A stretch of 32,000 nt of DNA. Origin: Dickeya dadantii NCPPB 898 (GTDB lineage: Bacteria; Pseudomonadota; Gammaproteobacteria; Enterobacterales; Enterobacteriaceae). The stretch's first letter is position 1. Every line of letters starts with the position of its first letter. A program made the position numbers and the translations under genes. The notes under the pieces are model-generated. The model was given only the letters and a program-made list of their open reading frames with translations, was not told the DNA's origin and searched no databases. Where the stretch lies: NCBI RefSeq assembly GCF_000406145.1, contig NZ_CM001976.1:657260-689259 (forward strand), given 5' to 3'. This document shows positions 1 through 9,707 of the stretch, piece by piece.

Positions 1-1482
1 ATTGTTATCGAAAACATCAAGTCGTTGACGGCGGAAGCCGGCAAGCCGAAGTGGAACTGGCAGGCGCCGGAAATTAACGTCGAACTGCACGACCGTGTGA
101 AAGCGCTGTCTGAAGCCCGTCTGGGCGATGCCTATCGCATCACCGAAAAACAGGAGCGCTACGCTCAGGTTGATACCATCAAATCCGACGTGGTTGCGGC
201 TCTGCTGGCGGAAGATGACACGCTGGACGAGAACGAACTGCGCGATATTCTCGGCAGCATCGAGAAAAATGTGGTGCGTAGCCGTGTACTGAGCGGTGAA
301 CCGCGTATCGACGGCCGTGAAAAAGACATGATCCGTGGTCTGGACGTTCGTACCGGCGTGCTGCCGCGTACCCACGGTTCCGCACTGTTCACCCGTGGCG
401 AAACTCAGGCGCTGGTTACCGCAACGCTGGGTACCGAGCGTGACGCGCAGATTATTGACGAACTGATCGGCGAACGTACCGATCGCTTCCTGCTGCACTA
501 CAACTTCCCGCCGTACTCCGTGGGTGAAACCGGTATGGTCGGGTCGCCGAAACGCCGTGAAATCGGTCACGGTCGTCTGGCTAAACGTGGTGTGTTGGCT
601 GTGATGCCGAAACCGGAAGCTTTCCCGTACACTGTACGTGTGGTATCTGAAATCACTGAGTCCAACGGTTCTTCTTCCATGGCGTCCGTGTGCGGTGCGT
701 CGCTGGCGCTGATGGATGCCGGCGTGCCGATCAAAGCTGCCGTTGCCGGTATCGCGATGGGCCTGGTAAAAGAAGGCGACAACTACGTTGTGCTGTCAGA
801 CATCCTGGGTGACGAAGACCATCTGGGCGACATGGATTTCAAAGTGGCCGGTAGCCGTGAAGGCGTGACCGCGCTGCAGATGGACATCAAAATCGAAGGT
901 ATCACCCGCGAAATCATGCAGGTGGCGCTGAATCAGGCTAAGGGTGCGCGTCTGCACATTCTGGGCGTGATGGAACAGGCCATTAGCACGCCGCGTGGCG
1001 ATATCTCTGAGTTCGCGCCGCGTATTCACACCATCAAGATCAGCACCGACAAGATCAAAGATGTGATCGGTAAAGGCGGTTCGGTGATCCGTGCGCTGAC
1101 CGAAGAAACCGGCACCACCATCGAGATCGAAGACGACGGTACGGTGAAAATCGCATCGACCGACGGCGAAAAAGCGAAACATGCTATTCGTCGTATCGAA
1201 GAGATCACCGCTGAAATCGAAGTTGGCCGTATCTATCAGGGCAAAGTGACCCGCATCGTTGACTTTGGCGCCTTTGTGGCCATCGGCGGCGGTAAAGAAG
1301 GTCTGGTACATATTTCTCAGATCGCCGACAAGCGTGTTGAGAAAGTGACCGACTATCTGCAGATGGGCCAGGAAGTACCGGTCAAGGTACTGGAAGTGGA
1401 CCGTCAGGGTCGTATCCGTTTGAGCATAAAAGAAGCAACTTCTCAATCTCAGGAAACTGTTCAGGTTTCCGAGGAAGAATAA
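1..1482 (+). CDS. pnp: Polynucleotide phosphorylase, C-terminal ~490 aa (5' end lies off the left edge)
   Basis: The frame is open from nt 1 (IVIENIKSL...), so the TTG at 25 is internal. The translation shows the second RNase-PH core ([33 protein letters not shown]), a KH module ([20 protein letters not shown]) and an S1 module ([32 protein letters not shown]). It is followed by nlpI-deaD as in E. coli. Confidence 0.97.
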   Translation: MVIENIKSLTAEAGKPKWNWQAPEINVELHDRVKALSEARLGDAYRITEKQERYAQVDTIKSDVVAALLAEDDTLDENELRDILGSIEKNVVRSRVLSGEPRIDGREKDMIRGLDVRTGVLPRTHGSALFTRGETQALVTATLGTERDAQIIDELIGERTDRFLLHYNFPPYSVGETGMVGSPKRREIGHGRLAKRGVLAVMPKPEAFPYTVRVVSEITESNGSSSMASVCGASLALMDAGVPIKAAVAGIAMGLVKEGDNYVVLSDILGDEDHLGDMDFKVAGSREGVTALQMDIKIEGITREIMQVALNQAKGARLHILGVMEQAISTPRGDISEFAPRIHTIKISTDKIKDVIGKGGSVIRALTEETGTTIEIEDDGTVKIASTDGEKAKHAIRRIEEITAEIEVGRIYQGKVTRIVDFGAFVAIGGGKEGLVHISQIADKRVEKVTDYLQMGQEVPVKVLEVDRQGRIRLSIKEATSQSQETVQVSEEE

Positions 1483-1499
1483 TAGCGGATAATCGATTG

Positions 1500-1555
1500 G
1501 CAGCTCCTTACGATGTGAAGGAGCTGCGTGTATTATAAGGAACGGATATCCTTAT
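1500..1555 (+). terminator. Two adjacent stem-loops downstream of pnp (terminator or RNA-processing hairpins)
   Basis: Perfect 10-bp stem gcagctcctt/aaggagctgc (1500-1509 with 1518-1527, 8-nt loop). A 7-bp stem ataagga/tccttat follows (1535-1541 with 1549-1555). There is no clean T-run, so termination efficiency is uncertain. Confidence 0.45.
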
Positions 1556-1609
1556 GCTGAGCAGTCGGGGACAGGATGTTCATCCAATGTTTGTCTTCGG
1601 GAGTAGGAA

Positions 1610-2494
1610 ATGAAGCCTTTCTTGCGCTGGTGTTATGTTGCGACAGCAATTATGCTGGCAGGATGCAGCAACACGGATTGGCGCAAAGATGCATTGCTGG
1701 CGGTTCCGTTGCAGCCAACGCTGCAGCAGGAAGTCATCCTGGCGCGTATGGAGCAGATCCTGGCGAGCCGGGCAATTACTCCCGATGAGCGAGCACAGCT
1801 GTTATATGAGCGCGGAGTGCTGTATGATAGCCTCGGGTTACGGGCGTTGGCGCGAAATGATTTTTCACAAGCGCTTTCCATCCGTCCCGATATGCCGGAA
1901 GTGTTTAACTATCTCGGCATTTACTTGACGCAGGCAGGCAATTTTGATGCTGCCTATGAAGCGTTTGATTCTGTATTAGAGCTTGATCCAACTTACAATT
2001 ATGCGCGTTTGAATCGGGGCATCGCTTTGTACTACGGCGGTCGCTACCTGTTGGCGCAGGATGATCTGCTAGCGTTTTATCGCGACGATCCTAATGATCC
2101 TTTCCGTTCCCTGTGGCTTTATCTGGTGGAGAGAGAAATCAATCCCGAGAAGGCCAAATCAGCGTTGAAAGAACGCTACGAAGGGGCAAAGAAAGGTGTG
2201 TGGGGATGGACGATTGTCGAATTCTACCTGGGCGACATCAACGAAAAAGTGTTGATGCAGCGTGTGCAGGAAGAAGCTAAGGATAACACTTCGCTCGCCG
2301 AGCATCTCAGTGAAACTGACTTCTATTTAGGTAAGCACTACCTAAGTCTGGGGGACAAGAACACCGCCGAGGCGTTGTTCAAGCTGACGGTTGCTAACAA
2401 TGTTCACAATTTTGTTGAGCACCGCTATGCATTGTTGGAATTGGCGCAGTTAGGCCAAGAGCAAGACGACCTATCAGGATCGGACCAGCAATAG
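1610..2494 (+). CDS. nlpI: Lipoprotein NlpI (TPR-repeat outer-membrane lipoprotein)
   Basis: The N-terminus [21 protein letters not shown] carries a lipobox (LAGC). The body is TPR-like. It is 294 aa and colinear with E. coli NlpI. A gggag SD lies about 7 nt upstream, and the gene sits between pnp and deaD. Confidence 0.95.
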   Translation: MKPFLRWCYVATAIMLAGCSNTDWRKDALLAVPLQPTLQQEVILARMEQILASRAITPDERAQLLYERGVLYDSLGLRALARNDFSQALSIRPDMPEVFNYLGIYLTQAGNFDAAYEAFDSVLELDPTYNYARLNRGIALYYGGRYLLAQDDLLAFYRDDPNDPFRSLWLYLVEREINPEKAKSALKERYEGAKKGVWGWTIVEFYLGDINEKVLMQRVQEEAKDNTSLAEHLSETDFYLGKHYLSLGDKNTAEALFKLTVANNVHNFVEHRYALLELAQLGQEQDDLSGSDQQ

Positions 2495-2536
2495 CTGACG
2501 AACACCTTTCAGCCTGAAATCATGACGATTTCTTCA

Positions 2537-2561
2537 TCGCCTTAACGGGCGAGGCTTTTTT
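2537..2561 (+). terminator. Weak intrinsic-terminator-like hairpin after nlpI
   Basis: 5-bp stem tcgcc/ggcga (2537-2541 with 2548-2552, loop ttaacg), then ggc and a T6 run (2556-2561). The stem is short, so the call is tentative. Confidence 0.35.
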
Positions 2562-2674
2562 GTTCGCTTTTTAATCCAATTTGAGCCGGTTCACACTTTT
2601 CAATGAAAATGATTGAGTATTTTCTCGACAAGTTATGTAGACTGGCCGCCATTTTGAAGTGAGGCAAAGTTTAC

Positions 2675-4570
2675 ATGGCAGAGTTTGAAACCTCTTTTGC
2701 TAGTCTGGGGCTGTCCGCTCCGATTCTGAATGCACTGTCTGAGATGGGGTACGAAAAGCCGTCCCCGATTCAGGCGGAATGTATTCCTCATCTGCTCAAC
2801 GGGCGCGACGTACTGGGTATGGCGCAGACCGGGAGCGGCAAGACCGCGGCATTTTCCCTGCCGCTGCTGAACAATATCAAGGCTGACCTGAAAGCGCCGC
2901 AGTTGCTGGTGCTGGCACCGACCCGCGAACTGGCGGTGCAGGTTGCGGAAGCCTGTAACGAATTTTCCAAACACATGCAGGGCGTCAACGTGGTGGCGCT
3001 GTACGGCGGCCAGCGTTATGACGTGCAACTGCGCGCGCTGCGTCAGGGACCGCAAATCGTGGTCGGTACCCCGGGGCGTCTGCTGGACCACCTGAAACGC
3101 GGTACGCTGGATCTGTCCAACCTGAGCGGTCTGGTACTGGACGAAGCTGACGAAATGCTGCGCATGGGCTTCATTGAAGATGTGGAAAACATCATGGCGC
3201 AGATCCCGGCTGAACATCAGACTGCGCTGTTCTCCGCCACCATGCCGGAAGCGATTCGTCGTATCACTCGTCGTTTCATGAACGATCCGCAGGAAGTCCG
3301 CATTCAGTCCAGCGTGACGACTCGTCCGGATATCAGCCAGAGCTACTGGACGGTATACGGCATGCGTAAGAATGAAGCGCTGATCCGTTTCCTGGAAGCG
3401 GAAGATTTTGATGCGGCGATCATTTTCGTGCGCACCAAGAACGCCACGCTGGAAGTGGCCGAAGCGCTGGAGCGCAGCGGTTACAACAGCGCCGCGCTGA
3501 ACGGCGACATGAATCAGGCGCTGCGTGAACAAACGCTGGAACGTCTGAAAGACGGTCGTCTGGATATCCTGATCGCGACCGACGTTGCCGCGCGTGGTCT
3601 GGATGTTGAGCGTATCAGCCTGGTGGTGAACTACGATATCCCGATGGATTCCGAGTCCTACGTACACCGTATCGGTCGTACCGGTCGTGCCGGTCGTGCC
3701 GGACGTGCGCTGCTGTTCGTGGAAAACCGCGAGCGTCGCCTGCTGCGTAATATCGAACGCACCATGAAGCTGACGATTCCGGAAGTGGATCTGCCGAACG
3801 CCGAACTGCTGGGGCAGCGCCGTCTGGCGCAGTTTGCCGGCAAAGTACAGCAGCAACTGGAAAGCAGCGATCTGGACATGTACCGTGCGCTGCTCAGCAA
3901 GCTGCAGCCGCAGCAAGAAGAGCTGGACATCGAAACGCTGGCTGCCGCGCTGCTGAAAATGGCGCAGGGCGAACGTCCGCTGATTCTGCCGCCGGATCCG
4001 GTGGTTGAACGTCGTCCGCGTCGTGAATTCCGCGAACGCGATGAGCGCTTTGAGCGTCGTGGTGACCGTAATGATCGTGGCGACCGTAACGATCGTGCTC
4101 CGCGTGGCGATGATCGGCCGGCCCGTCGCGAGCGTCGTGATGTTGGTGAAATGGATCTGTATCGGATCGAAGTGGGTCGTGACGATGGCGTAGAAGTGCG
4201 TCATATCGTGGGCGCGATCGCTAACGAAGGCGACATCAGCAGCCGTTACATCGGCAACATCAAACTGTTTGCCTCGCACTCCACCATTGAGCTGCCGAAA
4301 GGCATGCCGGGCGACCTGCTGTCTCACTTCACCCGTACGCGTATTCTGAACAAGCCGATGAATATGCAACTGATGGGTGACGCACAGCCGCATGAACGCC
4401 GTGAGCGTCGTGAAGGCGCTGATCGTGGCGACCGTGGTGCACGTGGGTTTAGCGAACGCCCCGCTGGTAATGGCCGTGGTCGTCCGTTCAATGGCGAACG
4501 TCGTGAAGGTGGCGAGCGCCGTGGCAGCCGTGACGGTCAGCGCGCGCCGCGCCGTTTCAGCAATGCCTGA
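2675..4570 (+). CDS. deaD: Cold-shock DEAD-box ATP-dependent RNA helicase DeaD/CsdA
   Basis: [13 protein letters not shown]... is near-identical over the core to E. coli DeaD. Motifs present: [11 protein letters not shown] (motif I), VLDEADEML (DEAD), SAT, and [13 protein letters not shown] (motif VI). The C-terminal tail is rich in Arg, Gly and Asp. Confidence 0.97.
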   Translation: MAEFETSFASLGLSAPILNALSEMGYEKPSPIQAECIPHLLNGRDVLGMAQTGSGKTAAFSLPLLNNIKADLKAPQLLVLAPTRELAVQVAEACNEFSKHMQGVNVVALYGGQRYDVQLRALRQGPQIVVGTPGRLLDHLKRGTLDLSNLSGLVLDEADEMLRMGFIEDVENIMAQIPAEHQTALFSATMPEAIRRITRRFMNDPQEVRIQSSVTTRPDISQSYWTVYGMRKNEALIRFLEAEDFDAAIIFVRTKNATLEVAEALERSGYNSAALNGDMNQALREQTLERLKDGRLDILIATDVAARGLDVERISLVVNYDIPMDSESYVHRIGRTGRAGRAGRALLFVENRERRLLRNIERTMKLTIPEVDLPNAELLGQRRLAQFAGKVQQQLESSDLDMYRALLSKLQPQQEELDIETLAAALLKMAQGERPLILPPDPVVERRPRREFRERDERFERRGDRNDRGDRNDRAPRGDDRPARRERRDVGEMDLYRIEVGRDDGVEVRHIVGAIANEGDISSRYIGNIKLFASHSTIELPKGMPGDLLSHFTRTRILNKPMNMQLMGDAQPHERRERREGADRGDRGARGFSERPAGNGRGRPFNGERREGGERRGSRDGQRAPRRFSNA

Positions 4571-4590
4571 TAACGTCTGACGTTGATGTG

Positions 4591-4618
4591 AAAAACCAGC
4601 CCTCGGGCTGGTTTTTTT
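4591..4618. terminator. Bidirectional rho-independent terminator between convergent deaD and yhbW
   Basis: aaaaaccagcc-ctcg-ggctggttttttt: a 6-bp GC stem (4596-4601 with 4606-4611) with a tetraloop. An A5 run lies on the left and a T7 run on the right, so it works on either strand. Confidence 0.85.
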
Positions 4619-4635
4619 ATGTCACGGTTTTTATG

Positions 4636-5655
4636 TCACTGAATGCGTGATTCCCGCACGATTTCCGGTTGCAGTTGCGCCACCAGCTCAAATGAACGCA
4701 GCCGCGCCTGATGGTCGAATATCTGGCCGTTAATCATCAACTCATCCGCCTGGGTTTCCCGCAACAGGGTTTGCAGACCATGACGCACTTTGGCCGCGTC
4801 GCCCACCACCGCCAGCCGTAAAGTCTGTTCTACCGCGAACTGTTCCGCGGCGGACCAGTGTGCCTCCATTGATTCTACCGGCTCAGGCAGCGGCCCCGGC
4901 GTGCCGCGCCGCAGATTGATAAACTGCTGCTGCAACGAGGTGAACAGAAAACGGGCGTCCCGATCGCTGTCGGCGGCAACCACATTAACGCACACCATGG
5001 CATACGGTTGTGCAAGCTGGGCGGATGGCTGGAAGTTATCCCGGTAGCGCTGCAACGCCTGCAACAGCATATCCGGCGCGAAATGGGCGGCGAAGGCAAA
5101 CGGCAGCCCCATCGATGCAGCCAACTGGGCGCTGTACAGGCTGGATCCAAGCAGCCAGATCGGGACGTTCAGACCCTGTCCCGGCACCGCCTGCACCGCT
5201 TGCCCCGGCTGAGCAGGGGCGAAGTAGCGCTGAAGTTCCTGTACATCGTGGGGAAAATCGTCGATATCGGCGTTCAGATGGCGGCGCAACGCCTGCATGG
5301 TGCGTTGGTCGGTGCCTGGCGCGCGCCCCAGACCCAGCTCAATACGGCCGGGATAGAGCGATTCGAGCGTGCCGAACTGTTCGGCGATCACCAGCGGAGC
5401 ATGGTTCGGTAGCATGACGCCGCCGGAACCGAGTTTGATACGCTGCGTACCGCCGGCAATATAACCGATCAGCACCGACGTGGCAGCGCTGGCGATACCG
5501 GTCATGTTGTGATGTTCCGCCAGCCAGTAGCGTTGATACCCCCATTTTTCCGCGTGCTGCGCCAGATCCAAAGAATGGCGGAACGCATCGCGGGCCGTGT
5601 TGCCTTGTGGGATCGGGGCCAGATCGAGCAGCGAGAAAGGAACGGTAGCGGTCAT
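4636..5655 (-). CDS. yhbW: Luciferase-like (LLM-class) flavin-dependent oxidoreductase YhbW
   Basis: 339 aa. [12 protein letters not shown]...[23 protein letters not shown]... is colinear with E. coli YhbW. It occupies the same position beside yhbV/yhbU. Confidence 0.92.
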   Translation of the reverse strand: MTATVPFSLLDLAPIPQGNTARDAFRHSLDLAQHAEKWGYQRYWLAEHHNMTGIASAATSVLIGYIAGGTQRIKLGSGGVMLPNHAPLVIAEQFGTLESLYPGRIELGLGRAPGTDQRTMQALRRHLNADIDDFPHDVQELQRYFAPAQPGQAVQAVPGQGLNVPIWLLGSSLYSAQLAASMGLPFAFAAHFAPDMLLQALQRYRDNFQPSAQLAQPYAMVCVNVVAADSDRDARFLFTSLQQQFINLRRGTPGPLPEPVESMEAHWSAAEQFAVEQTLRLAVVGDAAKVRHGLQTLLRETQADELMINGQIFDHQARLRSFELVAQLQPEIVRESRIQ

Positions 5656-5741
5656 AAGCGTGGCTCATTATGTTGAGGGGCTGACGGCGTCGGCCCGAAT
5701 AAACAATGATGAGATGTTACGCTATCTTAACAATTTGCAAC

Positions 5742-5763
5742 GGACGATGCGTGCGCATCGTCC
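5742..5763 (-). terminator. Hairpin downstream of ubiV (possible terminator)
   Basis: 9-bp stem ggacgatgc/gcatcgtcc (5742-5750 with 5755-5763, 4-nt loop). On the minus strand it is followed by gttgcaaattgtt, which is only moderately T-rich. Confidence 0.4.
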
Positions 5764-5772
5764 CCAACTGAT

Positions 5773-6651
5773 TTAACCGATCAGTTCCAGCCCGGCGACT
5801 CGTCGCCAGTAGCCGTTGCAATCCTGCTGATTTTCCAGCGTCAGCGGCTGTCCGCCGTGCTGGTTGGCGCGGAAACGGTCGATCATCGCCAGCGTATCCA
5901 GCCCTTGCGGCGACAAGCGAACGATATCCACCAGTCCGTCCATTGAGGCCAGATCGTTGCCGAGGTTATAGCAGTAACCACTCTGGGTCTGGATGCCGTT
6001 GAGCACAAACACCTGTTGGTTTTCCTGCGACAGCACCTGGCGTCCTTGCGGATAATTGATGCAGCAGGTTTCGCATTCGTCCTTGGGGCGGTTTTCCGAG
6101 CGGGCGGTAAAGCAGCGGGCGGAGTACGCCAGCGGCAGATGACCATAACTCAGCACTTCCACCTCAAACTGACGGCGAAAACCAAGCTCATCACACTGAT
6201 CGAGCAGATGTTGCAGCCAGTCCCGCGACAGTTCCACCGGCATACACCAGCGCATCATGCCCTGTTTGTGCAGTAACCGCAGGGTGTAGGCGTTATAACA
6301 GTTGAGCGCATGGCCGGCGACAAACGGCAGGCCGCGCTCCGCCGCCATGTTGACCGCGCCCAGATCGTTGGCTTCCAGCAGAAATTCGCCGTTTTCCACA
6401 TACCTTTTCAGCTCAGTCAGCTCGGAAGGCGCCTGCAACAGCGACAGCGTGGAGATCACCACCTGTTTGCCGCTGGCCGCGATCTCGCGCGCCAGTTCAA
6501 GCCAGTCGCTGACTTTCATGCCCCGGCGTTTGCTGCACACGGTTTCACCCAGATAAACGATCTCGGCGCTGCTGGCGGCGGCGGCCTGATAAAACGTTTC
6601 AATGTCGGCTTTGGGCCAATAGTAGAGCAGGGCGCCCAGTGAATATTTCAT
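5773..6651 (-). CDS. ubiV: U32-family protein UbiV (YhbV), O2-independent ubiquinone biosynthesis
   Basis: 292 aa, peptidase-U32 fold. A Cys cluster (CFTARSENRPKDECETCC plus the N-terminal GETVCSKRR) fits the Fe-S ligands described for UbiV. It lies 18 nt downstream of ubiU. Confidence 0.9.
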   Translation of the reverse strand: MKYSLGALLYYWPKADIETFYQAAAASSAEIVYLGETVCSKRRGMKVSDWLELAREIAASGKQVVISTLSLLQAPSELTELKRYVENGEFLLEANDLGAVNMAAERGLPFVAGHALNCYNAYTLRLLHKQGMMRWCMPVELSRDWLQHLLDQCDELGFRRQFEVEVLSYGHLPLAYSARCFTARSENRPKDECETCCINYPQGRQVLSQENQQVFVLNGIQTQSGYCYNLGNDLASMDGLVDIVRLSPQGLDTLAMIDRFRANQHGGQPLTLENQQDCNGYWRRVAGLELIG

Positions 6652-6669
6652 GTTGTCGATATCTCCTGA

Positions 6670-7668
6670 CTACTGCCACTGGCGATGATAGGCGCCCAGC
6701 GTGGTCTGCGTACCTTCGGCGACGGCGCCCAGCGCCTCCATCCACTCGGCGGTGGGGGTAAAATGCGCCGGATCGGCCTTGCAACGGTCGATCGCCTGCC
6801 GCCACACCTGGGTTACCTGGCTGACGTACGCCGGGCTGCGCTGACGACCTTCGATTTTCACCGAGGCGATATTGGCCGCCATCAGTTCCGGCAGCAGTTC
6901 CAGCGTATTCAGGCTGGTGGGCTCCTCCAGCGCGTGGTAACGCTGGCCGTCCACCAGATAGCGGCCTTTGCACAAGGTCGGGTAGCCGGCGTTTTCATGA
7001 TCCTGATAGCGATCGATCAACACATCGTTTAGCCGCGATTCCATGCCGTTTTCCGTCTGCTGCCAGCGCACGAAACGTGCCGGCGAGCAGGCGCCGACGG
7101 TGTTGGGCGACTCGCCGGTCAGGTAGGAGGAGAGGTAACAGCGCCCTTCCGCCATAATGCACAGGCTGCCGAAGGCGAACACTTCCAGCGGTACCGGGCT
7201 GGTGCGCGAAAGCTGTTTGACCTGATGAATGGAAAGCACACGCGGCAGCACGATGCGGGCGACATCGAAGTGGCGCTGATAAAAGCGAATGGCTTCCTCG
7301 TTGGTGGCGGATGCCTGCACCGACACGTGCCGCTCCACCGCCGGATAGCGCTCGGCGGCATATTCCAGCATCGCCAGGTCCGCCAGAATCAGCGCATCGG
7401 CGCCGGCGGTCTGTACCGCGGTGTCCACCGCCCGCTGCCAGCGCTGATAGCCGTCCGGGTGGGCGAAGGTGTTGATGGCGATATGCAGCTTGCGGCGGTG
7501 GCGATGTACGTAGTCGCTGGCGTCCTGCAGTTTTTTGTCGTTGAAATTGAGGCCGGCGAAGTGGCGGGCGTTGGTATCGTCTTTCAGCCCGATGTACACC
7601 GCGTCGGCGCCATGGTCGATGGCGGCTTTTAGTGCCGGCAGATTACCGGCTGGGCAAAGCAGTTCCAT
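6670..7668 (-). CDS. ubiU: U32-family protein UbiU (YhbU), O2-independent ubiquinone biosynthesis
   Basis: 332 aa. MELLCPAGNLPALKAAIDHGADAVYIGLKD... is a typical U32 N-terminus. Conserved Cys residues are present (SLCIMAEGRCYLS, GACSP, TLCKGRY). The gene is divergent from ubiT as in E. coli. Confidence 0.9.
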   Translation of the reverse strand: MELLCPAGNLPALKAAIDHGADAVYIGLKDDTNARHFAGLNFNDKKLQDASDYVHRHRRKLHIAINTFAHPDGYQRWQRAVDTAVQTAGADALILADLAMLEYAAERYPAVERHVSVQASATNEEAIRFYQRHFDVARIVLPRVLSIHQVKQLSRTSPVPLEVFAFGSLCIMAEGRCYLSSYLTGESPNTVGACSPARFVRWQQTENGMESRLNDVLIDRYQDHENAGYPTLCKGRYLVDGQRYHALEEPTSLNTLELLPELMAANIASVKIEGRQRSPAYVSQVTQVWRQAIDRCKADPAHFTPTAEWMEALGAVAEGTQTTLGAYHRQWQ

Positions 7669-7751
7669 TCTTACGTCCTTTCATCACGGCCTGACGCAGC
7701 GGGCCGGTTTGCAATGAAAAGGAATCTTAGTGAACCCGGCTATCAGCAACT

Positions 7752-7765
7752 TTGATTTAAACCAG
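7752..7765. promoter_or_regulatory. FNR-like site in the ubiU/ubiT divergent region
   Basis: TTGATttaaACCAG versus the consensus TTGAT-N4-ATCAA: the left half matches 5/5 and the right half 3/5. E. coli ubiTUV are reported to be FNR-controlled. This is a sequence match only. Confidence 0.3.
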
Positions 7766-7988
7766 CATATCGGGGAATTGCTGGCGGTTACCGGTCGTGA
7801 TTTGGCGCAGAACAGGCTAAATTTAACTCGTCACATTCCAGCGACTTGCCCTGCGGGTGTCGCTACGCGATGTTAAAAAACGCGTCCGACGTTTTTTATT
7901 GATGTAGACCCCTGCTGCCGGTTTCCCGTTCTGTGGCAGAATAATGACCATATCGGTTAAGCAGCATCGCTTTATGAGGAGTACGCCA

Positions 7989-8513
7989 GTGTTGGAAAAA
8001 CTACGGGCGCAGATTGTGCGTCAAGGGCCACGTTTACTGAGTAAGCCGTTAACGTTAACGCCTTTCTTCCTGCAACGCCGGGTGCTGGAGCAACTGCTGG
8101 GCTGGCAGTTCCGCCAGGCATTGGAAGAAGGTGAACTGGATTTTCTTGACGGGCGCTGGTTGCGAATCGAAGTCCGCGATATCGGTTTGCAGTGGTTTGT
8201 CACGTTGCGGGATAACCGGCTGGAAATCAGTCATAACGAGCTGGCGGATGTGAGCTTCAGCGCCGACGCCAACGATCTAATCCTGATCGCCGCCCGCCGT
8301 GAAGATCCGGACACGCTGTTTTTCCAGCGTCGGTTGCGCATTGAAGGGGATACTGAGCTGGGGCTGTACGTCAAGAACCTGATGGACGCCATCGAGCTGG
8401 AAAACATGCCGGCGCCGCTGCGCGTCGCCCTGCTGCAACTGGCCGGGTTTGTGGCCGCCGGGTTACAGGAGGGCGCGGAGCAGGCTAGTCCGCACGCGCC
8501 GGTATCATGCTGA
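7989..8513 (+). CDS. ubiT: SCP2-domain lipid carrier UbiT (YhbT)
   Basis: The ORF track starts at 7944, but GTG 7989 has a gagga SD (7976-7980) 8 nt upstream. That start gives 174 aa beginning (M)LEKLRAQIV, matching the recalled length and N-terminus of E. coli YhbT (MLDKLRSRIV). The SCP2 core FFQRRLRIEGDTELGLYVKNLMD is present. Confidence 0.85.
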   Translation: MLEKLRAQIVRQGPRLLSKPLTLTPFFLQRRVLEQLLGWQFRQALEEGELDFLDGRWLRIEVRDIGLQWFVTLRDNRLEISHNELADVSFSADANDLILIAARREDPDTLFFQRRLRIEGDTELGLYVKNLMDAIELENMPAPLRVALLQLAGFVAAGLQEGAEQASPHAPVSC

Positions 8514-9010
8514 TCCGTGTTGAAATCCCGGTTGATGCGCCGGGTATCGATACCTTGCTGCGGCACGCGTTTCCTACCAGCGCCGAGGCGGAATTGGTGC
8601 ACCAACTGCGTGAAGACGGCCAGTTGACGCTGGGTATTGTCGCTACCGACGACGACGGCGGCGTGGTGGGATATGCCGCGTTCAGCCCGGTGACGCTAGG
8701 CGGTGAAGACCTGCAATGGGTGGCGCTGGCGCCGTTGGCGGTGGATGAAAGCCATCGACGTCAGGGTATTGGCGAGAAGCTGGTGTACGAAGGGCTGGAT
8801 GCACTTAACGAGTTCGGTTATACCGCCGTGGTCGTGCTGGGCAACCCGCGTTACTACGCGCGCTTCGGCTTTGTCCCGGCGGCGGAACAGCAGCTGTATT
8901 GTCGCTGGTTGGGCTGCGAGTCGGATTTTCAGGTCTACCCGCTGGCAGACAACCATTTTCAGGGCGCCAGCGGTCTGGTGGAGTACGCAGAACCGTTCAA
9001 TCGTTTTTAA
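8507..9010 (+). CDS. yhbS: GNAT-family N-acetyltransferase YhbS
   Basis: 167 aa. [22 protein letters not shown]... is colinear with E. coli YhbS. The ATGCTGA overlap (8507-8513) with the ubiT stop implies translational coupling. Confidence 0.9.
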   Translation: MLIRVEIPVDAPGIDTLLRHAFPTSAEAELVHQLREDGQLTLGIVATDDDGGVVGYAAFSPVTLGGEDLQWVALAPLAVDESHRRQGIGEKLVYEGLDALNEFGYTAVVVLGNPRYYARFGFVPAAEQQLYCRWLGCESDFQVYPLADNHFQGASGLVEYAEPFNRF

Positions 9011-9299
9011 AGCACGGCAAAAAATCGGTCAGCGTCGGAGGCTGGTGTTGCACCAGCCTTTCTTTTTGCATTTTACTCAGCTGTTTGACGCGATATTCCC
9101 ACTTCAACGCGGTGGAGCGATCGCCCGCCACGCAGTGATACGCCAGCGTCAACGGTCCTTTTCCGCGCAGTGCTCGCGCGCCTTTGCCACTCTGATGCTC
9201 TGCCAGGCGCCTATCTACATCGGTGGTGATGCCGGTGTAAAGCCACCCACTGCCGGTGCGCAGCAGATACAAAAACCATGTGGTATCACTGTCTTTCAC
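8997..9299 (-). CDS. yhbQ: GIY-YIG nuclease-superfamily protein YhbQ
   Basis: The ORF track starts at 9371. GTG 9299 is preceded by aaggag with 5-6 nt spacing and gives 100 aa, the recalled length of E. coli YhbQ. The GIY-YIG core [28 protein letters not shown] is present. Its 3' end overlaps convergent yhbS by 14 nt. Confidence 0.85.
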   Translation of the reverse strand: MKDSDTTWFLYLLRTGSGWLYTGITTDVDRRLAEHQSGKGARALRGKGPLTLAYHCVAGDRSTALKWEYRVKQLSKMQKERLVQHQPPTLTDFLPCFKND

Positions 9300-9503
9300 G
9301 CCATCTCCTTTTCGTGGTTTAGCGCTTATTTTACGGCGACAGGCCGATAAAGGCTGCCTGTTTGACGGCATTCATCGATGGGAGTGGGGGAGGAAATTAC
9401 GACCTTTATTTATAAGTAGATTAGCGTTCTTTAACAACGTGAAAAAGTTGATGGAATTTTTCAGGCTATAAAAATCATTAAAAAACAAATATATAATTTT
9501 AGA

Positions 9504-9593
9504 GTATTCCCCGTGCCAGTGGGGATAAACCGCAATTCAAAGAAACAGCGCGCACCTGGTATATGTGTTCCCCACGCCAGTAGGGATAAGCGT
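9504..9593 (+). CRISPR. Orphan type I-E-like CRISPR mini-array (2 repeats, 1 spacer)
   Basis: R1 9504-9532 is GTATTCCCCGTGCCAGTGGGGATAAACCG. The spacer 9533-9564 (32 nt) is caattcaaagaaacagcgcgcacctggtatat. R2 9565-9593 is GTGTTCCCCACGCCAGTAGGGATAAGCGT. The 61-nt register and the 29/32 geometry match the E. coli/Salmonella I-E repeat family (GxGTTCCCCGCGCCAGCGGGGATAAACCG). An AT-rich, leader-like 130 bp lies upstream. No cas genes occur in the window. Confidence 0.7.
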
Positions 9594-9639
9594 TGGCGTG
9601 ATAGCACGGTACAATCCGTCGCGGTGCTTTGGACTTTAT

Positions 9640-9655
9640 TGTGATAATATTCACA
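9640..9655. promoter_or_regulatory. Distal CRP site of the deo promoter (perfect consensus)
   Basis: TGTGAtaatatTCACA is an exact TGTGA-N6-TCACA. Its centre lies 52 bp from the second CRP-like site. Confidence 0.7.
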
Positions 9656-9691
9656 TATATCGTGATTTATGTGCGTGTAATTTCTTTTTTA

Positions 9692-9707
9692 TGTGAATAA
9701 AACCACA
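9692..9707. promoter_or_regulatory. Proximal CRP site of the deo promoter (deoP2-like)
   Basis: TGTGAataaaaCCACA matches 9 of 10 core positions. A possible -10 hexamer tgaaat lies at 9729-9734, which would place the site centre near -41. The two-CRP layout about five helical turns apart is the architecture described for E. coli deoP2 (CRP/CytR). Confidence 0.55.

Noticed and set aside
2633-4393. 586-aa ORF antisense to deaD. Similar long antisense ORFs occur at 796-1446, 9834-10595, 12204-13262, 13325-14149 and 23880-24392.
   Set aside because: They lie opposite strongly conserved genes. Their translations are low-complexity and rich in Arg, His, Gln, Val and Thr, with no recognisable motifs. 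Stop-free antisense frames are expected in GC-rich coding DNA.
8703-9350. 215-aa plus-strand ORF spanning the 3' half of yhbS and all of yhbQ
   Set aside because: It is out of frame with yhbS and antisense to yhbQ, both of which have clear homologues. Its Arg/Trp/Cys-rich composition is typical of a spurious frame.
9594-9660. Possible third CRISPR repeat one register (61 nt) after R2, or one register before R1
   Set aside because: The sequences at 9626-9654 and 9443-9471 show no similarity to the repeat. The array really has only two units.
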